Shown here: piece after piece, positions 1 to 8,312 of the stretch
How the letters are laid out: each line of letters begins with the position of its first letter
How positions within the stretch are numbered: position 1 is the stretch's first letter
Source of the DNA: a virus
IMG/VR virus record: IMGVR_UViG_3300031469_000005
Location: 1-64,000 of that record
DNA: 64,000 nt
Reading direction: 5' to 3' (one strand)
The notes under the pieces: model-generated
What the model saw: the letters and a program-made list of their open reading frames with translations, nothing else
What the model was told of the DNA's origin: nothing
The model's database searches: none
Made by a program: the position numbers and the translations under genes

Positions 1-134
1 ATGTGACATTTTTGTGTTTCGAACTCAAATCATGTGATAAGGTTAATTTGTACGAACATGCAAACATGTTCTTAACGCTGGATCGCATTTGAAAGTGTTC
101 AAATGCGAAGGTTCTTAACAAAGGAAAAATCATA

Positions 135-686
135 ATGGAAAATCAGTCCGCTAACAACGAAGAGACGGTCACGAACGAGAACGTGACCGAGGAAACATCC
201 ACCAAGGTTAAGAAAACGAAGTTAACCCCGGATGAGAAGGCAGAACGTAAGGCTGCACGTGAGGTCAAGCGGGCTGAGAAGGAAGCGAATCGTCCTCCCA
301 AGCATTCCGCGAAGGTTGCAACGGCTCGGAACAGGCTTCCGAAGCTCGACAATGACTTGGTGAAGACATTCGATAGCTTGGTTGGGGAACTTACCAACGT
401 TCAGTTGGAGACCCTCTCAAGTCACTTGGCACTCACTGCACGGGAGCGTCGTACGACCTCTGCGGTTGGGAAGACCGTCAAGCAGGGTCAGGTGGTCAGG
501 ATTGTCGATGGTGATGCGGGTTTCGTCGGTCAGATCGGAACCGTCACCAAGGCGAATCGAATTCGGTGCTACGTGGAGGTTCCCGGAGCCGAGAATCCAC
601 TGTACCTGTTCACTTCCGACGTTGAGTCGGTGGAGAACGATGTTGAGATCGAGGATGCAGACCTCTCCGTGGCCGCTTCGGCTTGA
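135..686 (+). CDS. Hypothetical protein, Lys/Arg-rich N-half and C-terminal KOW/SH3-like domain
   Basis: SD AAGGA upstream; C-terminal VKQGQVVRIVDGDAGFVGQIGTV resembles a KOW motif; promoter motif at 14-43. Confidence 0.6.
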   Translation: MENQSANNEETVTNENVTEETSTKVKKTKLTPDEKAERKAAREVKRAEKEANRPPKHSAKVATARNRLPKLDNDLVKTFDSLVGELTNVQLETLSSHLALTARERRTTSAVGKTVKQGQVVRIVDGDAGFVGQIGTVTKANRIRCYVEVPGAENPLYLFTSDVESVENDVEIEDADLSVAASA

Positions 687-731
687 AGCCTTCGCTTGCT
701 GGCGGTTTGATTTCTCACCTGGTAGAAATTA

Positions 732-772
732 GTTTGGGGATGGATCGCAGCAAATCAATCACATCCCCAAAC
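732..772 (+). terminator. 11-bp stem hairpin after ORF 135..686
   Basis: GTTTGGGGATG (732-742) / CATCCCCAAAC (762-772) perfect inverted repeat, 19-nt loop. Confidence 0.55.
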
Positions 773-844
773 CTTTCAACTCCTGCTTTTTAACGTTGCT
801 TTCCCCCTTCACTATAAGGGTTCTGCATCGCACATCAGCAGTGA

Positions 845-881
845 CATCACGATCTCGCTCCTCGCGGGAGCGTTCGTGATG
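845..881. terminator. Hairpin between convergent genes
   Basis: CATCACGA/TCGTGATG outer stem with CGCTCC/GGAGCG inner stem, next to the stop of 889..1131(-). Confidence 0.55.
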
Positions 882-888
882 AACTTCA

Positions 889-1131
889 TCAGGCAGCCTG
901 CACCGAAGAATCCGTGTCCTCCTCGTCACCACCGAGCTTCTCGATCTTCCTGATCATGTTCACGTTCTCGGTGATCAGCAACAGAGCCGTGCTGACGGCA
1001 TCGTATGCAGCATAGTGCTGCTTGTCACTGTTCTTCGGGGTTGTCGGGAGCTGAACACCCTCGAGTGCCTTTTGGGCTCCACGGGTCAGCTTCTTGATTC
1101 GGTCCAGGTGAAAGCGAGTCAAATTTTCCAT
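889..1131 (-). CDS. Hypothetical protein
   Basis: 80 aa ORF, AAGG upstream, followed by a hairpin. Confidence 0.6.
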   Translation of the reverse strand: MENLTRFHLDRIKKLTRGAQKALEGVQLPTTPKNSDKQHYAAYDAVSTALLLITENVNMIRKIEKLGGDEEDTDSSVQAA

Positions 1132-1366
1132 GGTGTGTTACATACCTTTCTTTTTGTCCTCTTTTGAAGAACATCGTTGTGACGGTTCGTTCATGAACAT
1201 GTTTGTAACACGGTGTGTCAATGTCCAACACAACAAAGATGCGAGTTAATGAACAATTTATGTCGCATGATTGTACGTCGTGTGACATTTATGTTACATG
1301 GTACATATTGTCACAATGCTGCAACCCTCGTGATCTCGATTATTCTCGAGATGAAAGGATTAAACC

Positions 1367-1669
1367 TTGACCTTTGAATCATTCGGTGACATGAACTTAG
1401 CGTGGCAACTCGTGATCATAATCGGGACGACCGGAATCATGTGCGGCGCAATCGGCGGTGTGTTCATGCTGCAGGATCGTTGGCACGAGCGCAAGTTCGC
1501 GACGAATGACACTGTCGTGTTCGCGCAAACGATCGATACACGTTTCAAGATCATAGCGAACCGTGTTAAGGATCTTGAAAAGGCGCTCAAAAATTCGAAC
1601 ATCGACCTGGCTGAGGATTTCTCCAAGACTCACGAGTTCGATACGAGAACCCGAGTCTTCAAACGATGA
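1367..1669 (+). CDS. Small membrane protein (N-terminal TM helix + coiled coil)
   Basis: Hydrophobic LVIIIGTTGIMCGAIGGVFML; AAAGGA upstream; ATGA overlap with next ORF. Confidence 0.55.
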   Translation: MTFESFGDMNLAWQLVIIIGTTGIMCGAIGGVFMLQDRWHERKFATNDTVVFAQTIDTRFKIIANRVKDLEKALKNSNIDLAEDFSKTHEFDTRTRVFKR

Positions 1670-1863
1670 AGGTTGACATCATCGATCTCGACCCGGGCGA
1701 CCTGCTCGTGGTTGGATCGTACGTATACATCGTAGTGTCGTTCTCGCATGGCGAGGTCAACGTCCTTTCACCCATGACGAACTCATTGGTTTCGATATCG
1801 ATACAGAGATCAAGATTATTTCTGTCAGGTATTACAACACACGTGAAATGCAATTGTGCATAA
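1666..1863 (+). CDS. Small PGD-motif (SH3/KOW-like) family protein
   Basis: DLDPGDLLVV motif shared with many small ORFs in the window. Confidence 0.55.
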   Translation: MKVDIIDLDPGDLLVVGSYVYIVVSFSHGEVNVLSPMTNSLVSISIQRSRLFLSGITTHVKCNCA

Positions 1864-2253
1864 CTTTAAAATGTAAATCTTCAGGAATCCTGTTACAATG
1901 ACTTTCATCAACGAACATGAAAGAGGAACAAGATGTGCAGGATTTCTTTTAAGATGGGAGACCGTGTCCGTCTCGCGGACGGAAGGTTGGGCTTCGTAGC
2001 TTGTCCCCTGTTGGGACTCGTGATCGATGTCGCTTTCATACGAAACGGTGACATGACGCTCGAAACGGTTCCGAAATGGAATGTTAACAACCTCGAAGCC
2101 AAGGGATCATGCAATACCTGTTCGACGTCGGCATTGAATGAACTTTCGGGAGTTGTCCAATTGGAAATCCATTCAGGTATGCCGAAGCATCGTTGACCGA
2201 CTCAGGATGGCAATCAACGATCGAGCAAATTGAAATCATGAACGTATAATGTT

Positions 2254-2282
2254 GTGTTTTCCTCAACGAATCCTGATATCAT
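2254..2282 (+). promoter_or_regulatory. Phage early-type promoter, leaderless (representative copy)
   Basis: GTGTTT-N17-TATCAT with extended TG; ATG at 2289 is 6 nt downstream. Confidence 0.75.
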
Positions 2283-2288
2283 TAGATC

Positions 2289-2606
2289 ATGAACAAGAAC
2301 AACGTCCCTCGTACCGAATCGCTTCCGAGCGTCAACAACGTCACCTTCAAGGTCGGGGATGGCGTTCACTGGGGTTTCAACGGTGACACACGTCCAGGTA
2401 CCGTCGTCGCTGTGAGCAGGTCGGGTCGGGAGGTCACTGTCGTTCTGGATAAATTCGTGATCGACGAGGATGATAAAGGCTTCAAGGAAGGTCCGCGTAA
2501 AGGAACGTTCATTCAAAGACCACGAAACAACCTCGAATGTCCGATGAACGCCGTGAATTCTTTCGACAATGTGGTAAACGTGGTGCGGCGAAATCAAAAC
2601 GTTTGA
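2289..2606 (+). CDS. Hypothetical SH3-like protein
   Basis: FKVGDGVHW..PGTVVAVS; starts right after a promoter motif. Confidence 0.6.
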   Translation: MNKNNVPRTESLPSVNNVTFKVGDGVHWGFNGDTRPGTVVAVSRSGREVTVVLDKFVIDEDDKGFKEGPRKGTFIQRPRNNLECPMNAVNSFDNVVNVVRRNQNV

Positions 2607-2881
2607 GGGTTAGCGGGCCCGCTGTCTAAGCCAGCCCCAAACCAGCTGGTAAAACCAGCCCCATTTAAGCCTAGGGGCCAGGCCAGCCCGTTGCAACCTT
2701 TTTAGGGCCTTCTCGAGCCACTCCCCGGGACTAAGGGCTCCTCAACAGCGCGCGTGTTTTCATTCAGAATTCGAGACATGTTCTTTCCCATCGAAAGTGA
2801 TATCGGTGGCCCTTCCGACGATCGATTCGTACCATTGATCGTGTTCTTTTTCCAGACAGTGATGAGGTTCTTTGAGGTCAA

Positions 2882-3154
2882 GTGAGCGCCTTCGGCGAGG
2901 GTATCGGCGAGGGTATTGACATCCCGTTTACGGAAATACTTCCGGGTGATCTGATCGTACCGCTCTCATGGAAAATTCTGTGCGTGTTATCAATCGTTCG
3001 CGTCGAGCATCCGTACGAGGATTCTTTTTATCGGCTACAATTCCTTGCGAAGCAGGATCGGCTGCGGTGGGTTCATGATTCAGTATCGTACAGGCAACAA
3101 TCGCATTTTGGGGCGAGATACCACTACCGAAACGGTCAATCGTTGAAATTCTAG
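2882..3154 (+). CDS. Small PGD-motif family protein
   Basis: FTEILPGDLIV; GAGGT upstream. Confidence 0.55.
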   Translation: MSAFGEGIGEGIDIPFTEILPGDLIVPLSWKILCVLSIVRVEHPYEDSFYRLQFLAKQDRLRWVHDSVSYRQQSHFGARYHYRNGQSLKF

Positions 3155-3225
3155 GAACGTGATGCAAATTTGGGTTTTCTGTTTAAATTGTTGTTCTTTC
3201 CTCACGAAAGTAATATCCTTAGATC

Positions 3226-3414
3226 ATGAAACACTCCACTCGCATCATCAAGTCCCTCAAGAAGAACCAGCCCACGAACCTCCTCATCAAGTGGGGTGAT
3301 AACACCACCTTGAATCTCAAAGGCGTCGTGAAGAAGGTGAATCATACCAAGCGAGAGATCATGGTCATTTCCAATGGCATCGAGTACACCTTCGGTTTCG
3401 AGAACGTCGTATGA
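3226..3414 (+). CDS. Small beta-rich protein, paralogue of 4799..4981
   Basis: Shared G(V/I)VKKV...EYTFGF; own promoter at 3191-3219. Confidence 0.65.
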   Translation: MKHSTRIIKSLKKNQPTNLLIKWGDNTTLNLKGVVKKVNHTKREIMVISNGIEYTFGFENVV

Positions 3415-3441
3415 ACGACAGGATCAAGAAGGCCTCGGACA

Positions 3442-3597
3442 ATGTCCGAGGCCTTCGAGAAAGCGAAGACAGAGTACTACGAAGAAGTTGAACTTGCGAG
3501 GAAAGAAAATCGTCCGGTTTCGGAGTTCATCGTCGGAAAATTCAATGGGCTGAGCCTGGCCCGTCACATCGTGTGGAACGTGATAAATGGAAACTAA
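3442..3597 (+). CDS. Small ORF (51 aa) not in the ORF track
   Basis: MSEAFEKAKTEYYEEVELARKENRPV...; ATG lies at the apex of a 14-bp hairpin. Confidence 0.45.
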   Translation: MSEAFEKAKTEYYEEVELARKENRPVSEFIVGKFNGLSLARHIVWNVINGN

Positions 3598-4174
3598 ACG
3601 ACGACGACGAACTCGCAAAGAACATGCCTGGCATGTTCCTAAATCAAAGGTTCATGTGATCGTACCCGTACGAATCAATTACATACCTCATGTTCGTTCG
3701 ATCACGAACGAGGTTTTCCGCTTTGAAAAATCACTTATCAATCGTAACAAGCGCGTCGAGAGACGATTTGCTGAGAATTTCAACCTGGGTTTGTTGTTAG
3801 AGACTGGGCGGCGCGGAACATTCTCATTAAGGTCGCGGATTTATGACTGATGTGCAGAAACGGCTACTCACAATCCGTTTGCGGTTGCGCCTGGAAGAGA
3901 CCCTGAAGATGGCTCGAGAATCTGAAATTAGATGGGCTTCAGAAGAGGCTGAAGAAAAACTTAGGCACGTTTGCACGGCTAGGTGCCCTGTAGACTGCCT
4001 ATGGTGATTCTTTCTAAGATGATACCGCGGGGGTTCAATAAATGGTGAGTACACCGTCATCCGAAACGGAAAATTGATTAAAGATCGGTCATTTTTATGC
4101 TTCTTTACGAGCTTTTCAATCGTTGGTGCAGAAAGTTTTAATGTTCTTTCACGAGGAACATGATAGGATCTAAC

Positions 4175-4417
4175 ATGAATTCTTTTCCGGTTGCTGAAAA
4201 TGCCCGTTTTCGTCATCGCATCATGCGCAGGGATACAACGGCCACTGAATCATGTGGTCGCGATACGATCAGAATGACACGTACACCCGATGGCCTACTG
4301 GCGATCGCTGATCGTCATGCGAACGAAGGTAACTTTGAGGCATCGGAATTTTTTTTGATGATGGCTGAGAACGCAGAACCGCTCGAAATCGAGATTGATT
4401 TCGAACCTCTCGGTTAA
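4175..4417 (+). CDS. Hypothetical protein (start refined)
   Basis: ATGTTC-N17-TAGGAT (4141-4169), ATG 5 nt later. Confidence 0.6.
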   Translation: MNSFPVAENARFRHRIMRRDTTATESCGRDTIRMTRTPDGLLAIADRHANEGNFEASEFFLMMAENAEPLEIEIDFEPLG

Positions 4418-4420
4418 TTT

Positions 4421-4449
4421 GTGTTCTTTCGTCAGGAACATGTTAAGAT
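4421..4449 (+). promoter_or_regulatory. Phage early-type promoter, leaderless
   Basis: GTGTTC-N17-TAAGAT with extended TG; ATG at 4456. Confidence 0.75.
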
Positions 4450-4455
4450 CAGATC

Positions 4456-4710
4456 ATGAACAAGTTCCCCTCCGTTGAATCCCTTCTCGGTCTCTCGCGT
4501 CAGTTCACGATTGGTTATACCGTTACAGTGAACGATGTATTGGGTTACGTTGCTTCATCGAACGAACCAGTCGTCATTGGATCGTCGCCTGCTCTCACAA
4601 TTGCGACATGCACCGATCTCGTTGAAATCGTTGGCACGACGATGCAAGGTAACGTCAAGATGAACCTCGTCAAGATGTTGCCAGACGGTCTTGCGCGATT
4701 GAATGCGTGA
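4456..4710 (+). CDS. Hypothetical protein
   Basis: 84 aa ORF directly after the promoter. Confidence 0.6.
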   Translation: MNKFPSVESLLGLSRQFTIGYTVTVNDVLGYVASSNEPVVIGSSPALTIATCTDLVEIVGTTMQGNVKMNLVKMLPDGLARLNA

Positions 4711-4798
4711 ACGATGTGAACGATCATCGGTGAATTAGCAACGACTCTCGATCAATCGAACCTTGTTCATTCAACCACCGATATGGTACTATTAACGT

Positions 4799-4981
4799 AT
4801 GAAGTTCAGAAAGAACGATCAAGTAAATTTAAACGTGAAGTTCGGTGCGAAGACGCTTGCCGTGAATGGTATTGTGAAGAAGGTCGATGGTAATCACGCT
4901 GAGTTGACCGTCGATTGTGGTAACGTTGAGTACACGTTCGGATTCTGTGACATCGTTGAATCTGTATTGAAAAGTGACTGA
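4799..4981 (+). CDS. Small beta-rich protein, paralogue of 3226..3414
   Basis: NGIVKKV...VEYTFGF; promoter at 4763-4792. Confidence 0.65.
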   Translation: MKFRKNDQVNLNVKFGAKTLAVNGIVKKVDGNHAELTVDCGNVEYTFGFCDIVESVLKSD

Positions 4982-5130
4982 ACGAGCAATTCTTGCCGGA
5001 AAATTGAGGTATTACGACATGAAGCCAGGGATATTCTTTTTGTCGAGATTACGAAGGATTTCAACGAACGTTGTTAGTCATTGGTTCAAGTTCCCCTTAG
5101 AGATTGTTTTTTCGAAAAATTGTACACTTT

Positions 5131-5586
5131 ATGATCGAATATCACCAATGTGATCTTTTTCTAGCACCCGAAGGTTCTATTCTCGTTCACGCATGTAACG
5201 CGAAAGGTGTATGGGGTTCAGGGATTGCAAAGGAATTCAAACGAAGATTTCCTCTTTCATTTGAACAATACGAAAAATATTGCAAGCAACCTATCGAAAT
5301 CACGAGGGGATCGTGCCTTCTTGTGGGAGAAGGCCAATTCGGCATAGGCTGCCTGATCACATCGAACGGTTATGGAAAACACGTTGACGATCCTGAGACA
5401 ATTTTGCTGGCGACACGATCAGCGTTCAACGAGTTGCTCGAACAGATCGGATCGGACACAGAAATTCACATGCCGAAGATCAATTCAGGTTTGTTCAATG
5501 TTCCTTGGGAGTTGACGGAGCAAGTATTGAACCAGACGTTGAACGATCATTGCAACATTCACAGGTGCGTTGTTTATGAACTTTGA
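5131..5586 (+). CDS. Macrodomain ADP-ribose hydrolase (Poa1/TARG1/DarG-like)
   Basis: LVHACNAKGVWGSGIAKEF and MPKINSGLFNVPW motifs. Confidence 0.85.
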   Translation: MIEYHQCDLFLAPEGSILVHACNAKGVWGSGIAKEFKRRFPLSFEQYEKYCKQPIEITRGSCLLVGEGQFGIGCLITSNGYGKHVDDPETILLATRSAFNELLEQIGSDTEIHMPKINSGLFNVPWELTEQVLNQTLNDHCNIHRCVVYEL

Positions 5587-5905
5587 TAAAAATGATGCAA
5601 AGCGACGGAAAATCATTCGTGAGTACAAAGAAGATCTGACTCAAGCAGGAGGTGAACATTACTTTCTTTGGAGAGAAAATGTGCGACCTGGTACGCTGAT
5701 CATGAATTGTAACGATCCAAAAGTTGATTTCCTTGTCATTTCATGTGAAATTATCTATCATGAGGACTGTGATGATTCGAAGGTAAAAATTCTCGTTCTT
5801 GACATGAAGAGAAAAATAACGTTTACCTGGTACAGGTACGATCGGTATTCCATTTACGATTGGATACTTTTACAACCTTTGAATGTTTCTTCGTTGAACC
5901 TATGA
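5570..5905 (+). CDS. PG-motif family hypothetical protein
   Basis: ENVRPGTLIM..FLVIS. Confidence 0.5.
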   Translation: MFMNFDKNDAKRRKIIREYKEDLTQAGGEHYFLWRENVRPGTLIMNCNDPKVDFLVISCEIIYHEDCDDSKVKILVLDMKRKITFTWYRYDRYSIYDWILLQPLNVSSLNL

Positions 5906-5918
5906 TATGATCAACACC

Positions 5919-6230
5919 ATGATTACGAAGCAATGTTTGCTTACTCGAGGATTCACGAAGTACAAGAATAACGAGGGAAGCTGGGCGGACGAATTCTACA
6001 AGTTGTGCGTTCGGAATTCAAGTAAGAATCTTTTCTTCATCGACATGAAGTACTACCGCAACGTGTCGCAGCCGTGGGCACCGAGCGCTAGAATGTACAG
6101 GAGTTCTGATTGTTCGTTCACGGTTTCCTTTGTCGTGGAAAATAGTTGGACGATCGATCGTTTGATCGCGGAGTTCACTCTGGCATACACATTGATGCAA
6201 TGCGTGCCAGACATTCACAACAATGACTGA
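5919..6230 (+). CDS. Hypothetical protein
   Basis: Promoter at 5883-5911, ATG 7 nt later. Confidence 0.55.
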   Translation: MITKQCLLTRGFTKYKNNEGSWADEFYKLCVRNSSKNLFFIDMKYYRNVSQPWAPSARMYRSSDCSFTVSFVVENSWTIDRLIAEFTLAYTLMQCVPDIHNND

Positions 6231-6264
6231 TGTTCTTTCTTAGAAGAACGTGATACAATTAATC

Positions 6265-6762
6265 ATGGGAACCAACAATATCAAAGCGTACCCTCTTGAA
6301 CGCGCCGAAGAGATTCTTAATGGTCCGATGTCGCTTGACAAAGCAATCCTGATCGCCGTCATCGGGCATGCGGGTCAGGAGGATAAGGGCGGTAACAGCT
6401 ACATTCGTCACCCGCTTCGCGTGATGGAGGAACTTGATTCTGAGGATGAAATGATCGCGGGCGTGAGTCATGACCTCGTCGAAGACACAGACATCACGCT
6501 GGAAGATTTGACCGAGGTGGGATTTTCCAACACTCACATCAAGACGATCGATGCTCTCACGAAGCGTGATGGCGAGACGTACGTTGAAAGCATCGAACGC
6601 GTCACGAAGAATCCGACCGCTCGTAAGGTCAAGACAAAGGACATCAAGGACAATTCAAAGCTTTGGCGCCTGAAGTCAAAGAAGCTCGGCCCGAAGGATC
6701 TTGAGAGGATGCAAAATTACATCGACGCTCTCGTCGTCCTGGGAGAGATCGACAAGAAGTGA
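6265..6762 (+). CDS. HD-domain RelA/SpoT-type small alarmone hydrolase (Mesh1-like)
   Basis: HAGQEDKGGNSYIRHPLRV and HDLVEDT motifs; own leaderless promoter at 6230-6259. Confidence 0.85.
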   Translation: MGTNNIKAYPLERAEEILNGPMSLDKAILIAVIGHAGQEDKGGNSYIRHPLRVMEELDSEDEMIAGVSHDLVEDTDITLEDLTEVGFSNTHIKTIDALTKRDGETYVESIERVTKNPTARKVKTKDIKDNSKLWRLKSKKLGPKDLERMQNYIDALVVLGEIDKK

Positions 6763-7436
6763 ACATTGTACCCGGTACGTTATTGATGGTACAGACCATC
6801 AATCCAGGGAGGATTCAAGCTCAAATGCTCGACATGCGTCATAAGTTGCATGACATCAAGAGTGGAACGACGGTACTTGTTTTAAGCGTGGAAAAATGTA
6901 AAGAAAGCGTAACATTTACGTACTTCGTTAACGGTCAATTGTTTTGGAATCGGATGAATGCCGAGCATGTTGAATTCCATCACAACTTTGATTTTAAGGT
7001 TCTTTGATGAACAAGACAAGGTTCGATCAACTCGCTCCCGGTGATCTGTTGCTTGCAACGGCGGGAATGTTATGTAAGCCGATTCAAAGTTTTGTCATTT
7101 CAAGAACGGAACTCGAGATCACAGTGTTGTGCGAGGACATGCACGTGGAATCGTGGGATCTTGACGAGATCAACGAGTCAGATATCACCAGCATCGTAGA
7201 TTCCGAATGGAAATTGATCGAGTATTCTCGTGAAGTACAACGAACTCGTTCCCGGTGATTGGTTGATCGAAGCGGACAATCAATTCAATAATGAACGTAC
7301 GTTAATGTGGTGCTTCGTGCTTTCACGCGTCAATGACGAGATCCGGGTAATTGATGAATGCGCAAGAATCATTCACTGGCACAGCCTTGACATGAAGGTT
7401 GACGATGGTTGGATCGTGATCAAAAATGATCGGTAG
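6759..7436 (+). CDS. Three tandem small PGD-motif proteins (6759..7007, 7004..7258, 7230..7436)
   Basis: IVPGTLLM, FDQLAPGDLLL, YNELVPGDWLI; overlapping start/stop codons. Confidence 0.55.
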
Positions 7437-8228
7437 CTTTGTAAAATTGTACAGGTACGGTTTTTCTCCCACGCCTGATTGGAACAAGTATCGTCTTGTT
7501 TATCCCACCGTCCCGGCTCGTAAACATCCCTCGGCAAGTTTGTTGGGGTTGATATTTGCTATTTACGAAACAAACGCTGGATTCACCGTGGGAATCATTT
7601 TCAATGGTATCGTTTGCTACGACACGCTCAAATCGTTGACAACGCTGAAACAAAACATCGTTGAATGATCTCGGCTGGAGATTGAACGAGCAATGAATGC
7701 ATGTGTAGAATTGATCAACTGATGAAAAAAGAAAAATTGCTTGAGTTCAATGACACCACAAAAAGAACTAAGTTCATTGAATTTCTCGAAGAATATACTT
7801 GTACCGATCTCATTGATGCGTTCAATTCAACCAAGAATCCTCAGGTAAACCTCGTTCCGTTTAAATCTTCGATCCTTAAGGAACAAACGACAATGTCACA
7901 GGAAGTTTACGATCTTTTCAAGAAAGAAATTGATTCTTGTTGGTTATTGACAATAAATGGTGAAAGCATGTTAATTTCTTCTGCAGGAGCATCAAAGTTA
8001 AAAACGTATGGTTTTTGATCTTGGTCACGGTGTAACGATTGAAGATCGTTCTAAAACAGGTTTCATTATTCGTGTCAATAAAAATTTTAAAGGTGAACAA
8101 ACGTATCTTGTACGATGGGTACATCCACGAGATGCTGCGGGATCACAAGAAACTATCGTTCATTTAGCATTGTTCACGTTGTACGAAGGCCATTTTAACG
8201 TTTGAATTTCCGGTTGGGGAAGAAAAAT

Positions 8229-8312
8229 ATGTCTAAGAAAGATATTGACGACCCGTCTGTGAGAATTCCACGCAAATTTGCTGGACTTCATTCTCACGAC
8301 GGGTCGTCCTAG
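8229..8312 (+). CDS. dnaE: 5' segment of dnaE carrying the first PHP motif, out of frame with the main ORF
   Basis: GGGGA SD; MSKKDIDDPSVRIPRKFAGLHSHDGSS then TAG; the AFDGLG continuation is in the +1 frame. Confidence 0.75.
   Translation: MSKKDIDDPSVRIPRKFAGLHSHDGSS

Noticed and set aside
1281-1315. CRP-like operator (TGTGACA...TGTCACA)
   Set aside because: Spacing does not match TGTGA-N6-TCACA; more likely overlapping divergent promoter elements
2607-2830. Cloning-vector polylinker contamination
   Set aside because: The sites are dispersed with natural-looking spacers and no recognisable vector sequence flanks them
8310-8312. Genome-wide stop-codon reassignment (TAG or TGA)
   Set aside because: Conserved genes are full length in code 11 and end with all three stops; readthrough here would not restore the frame
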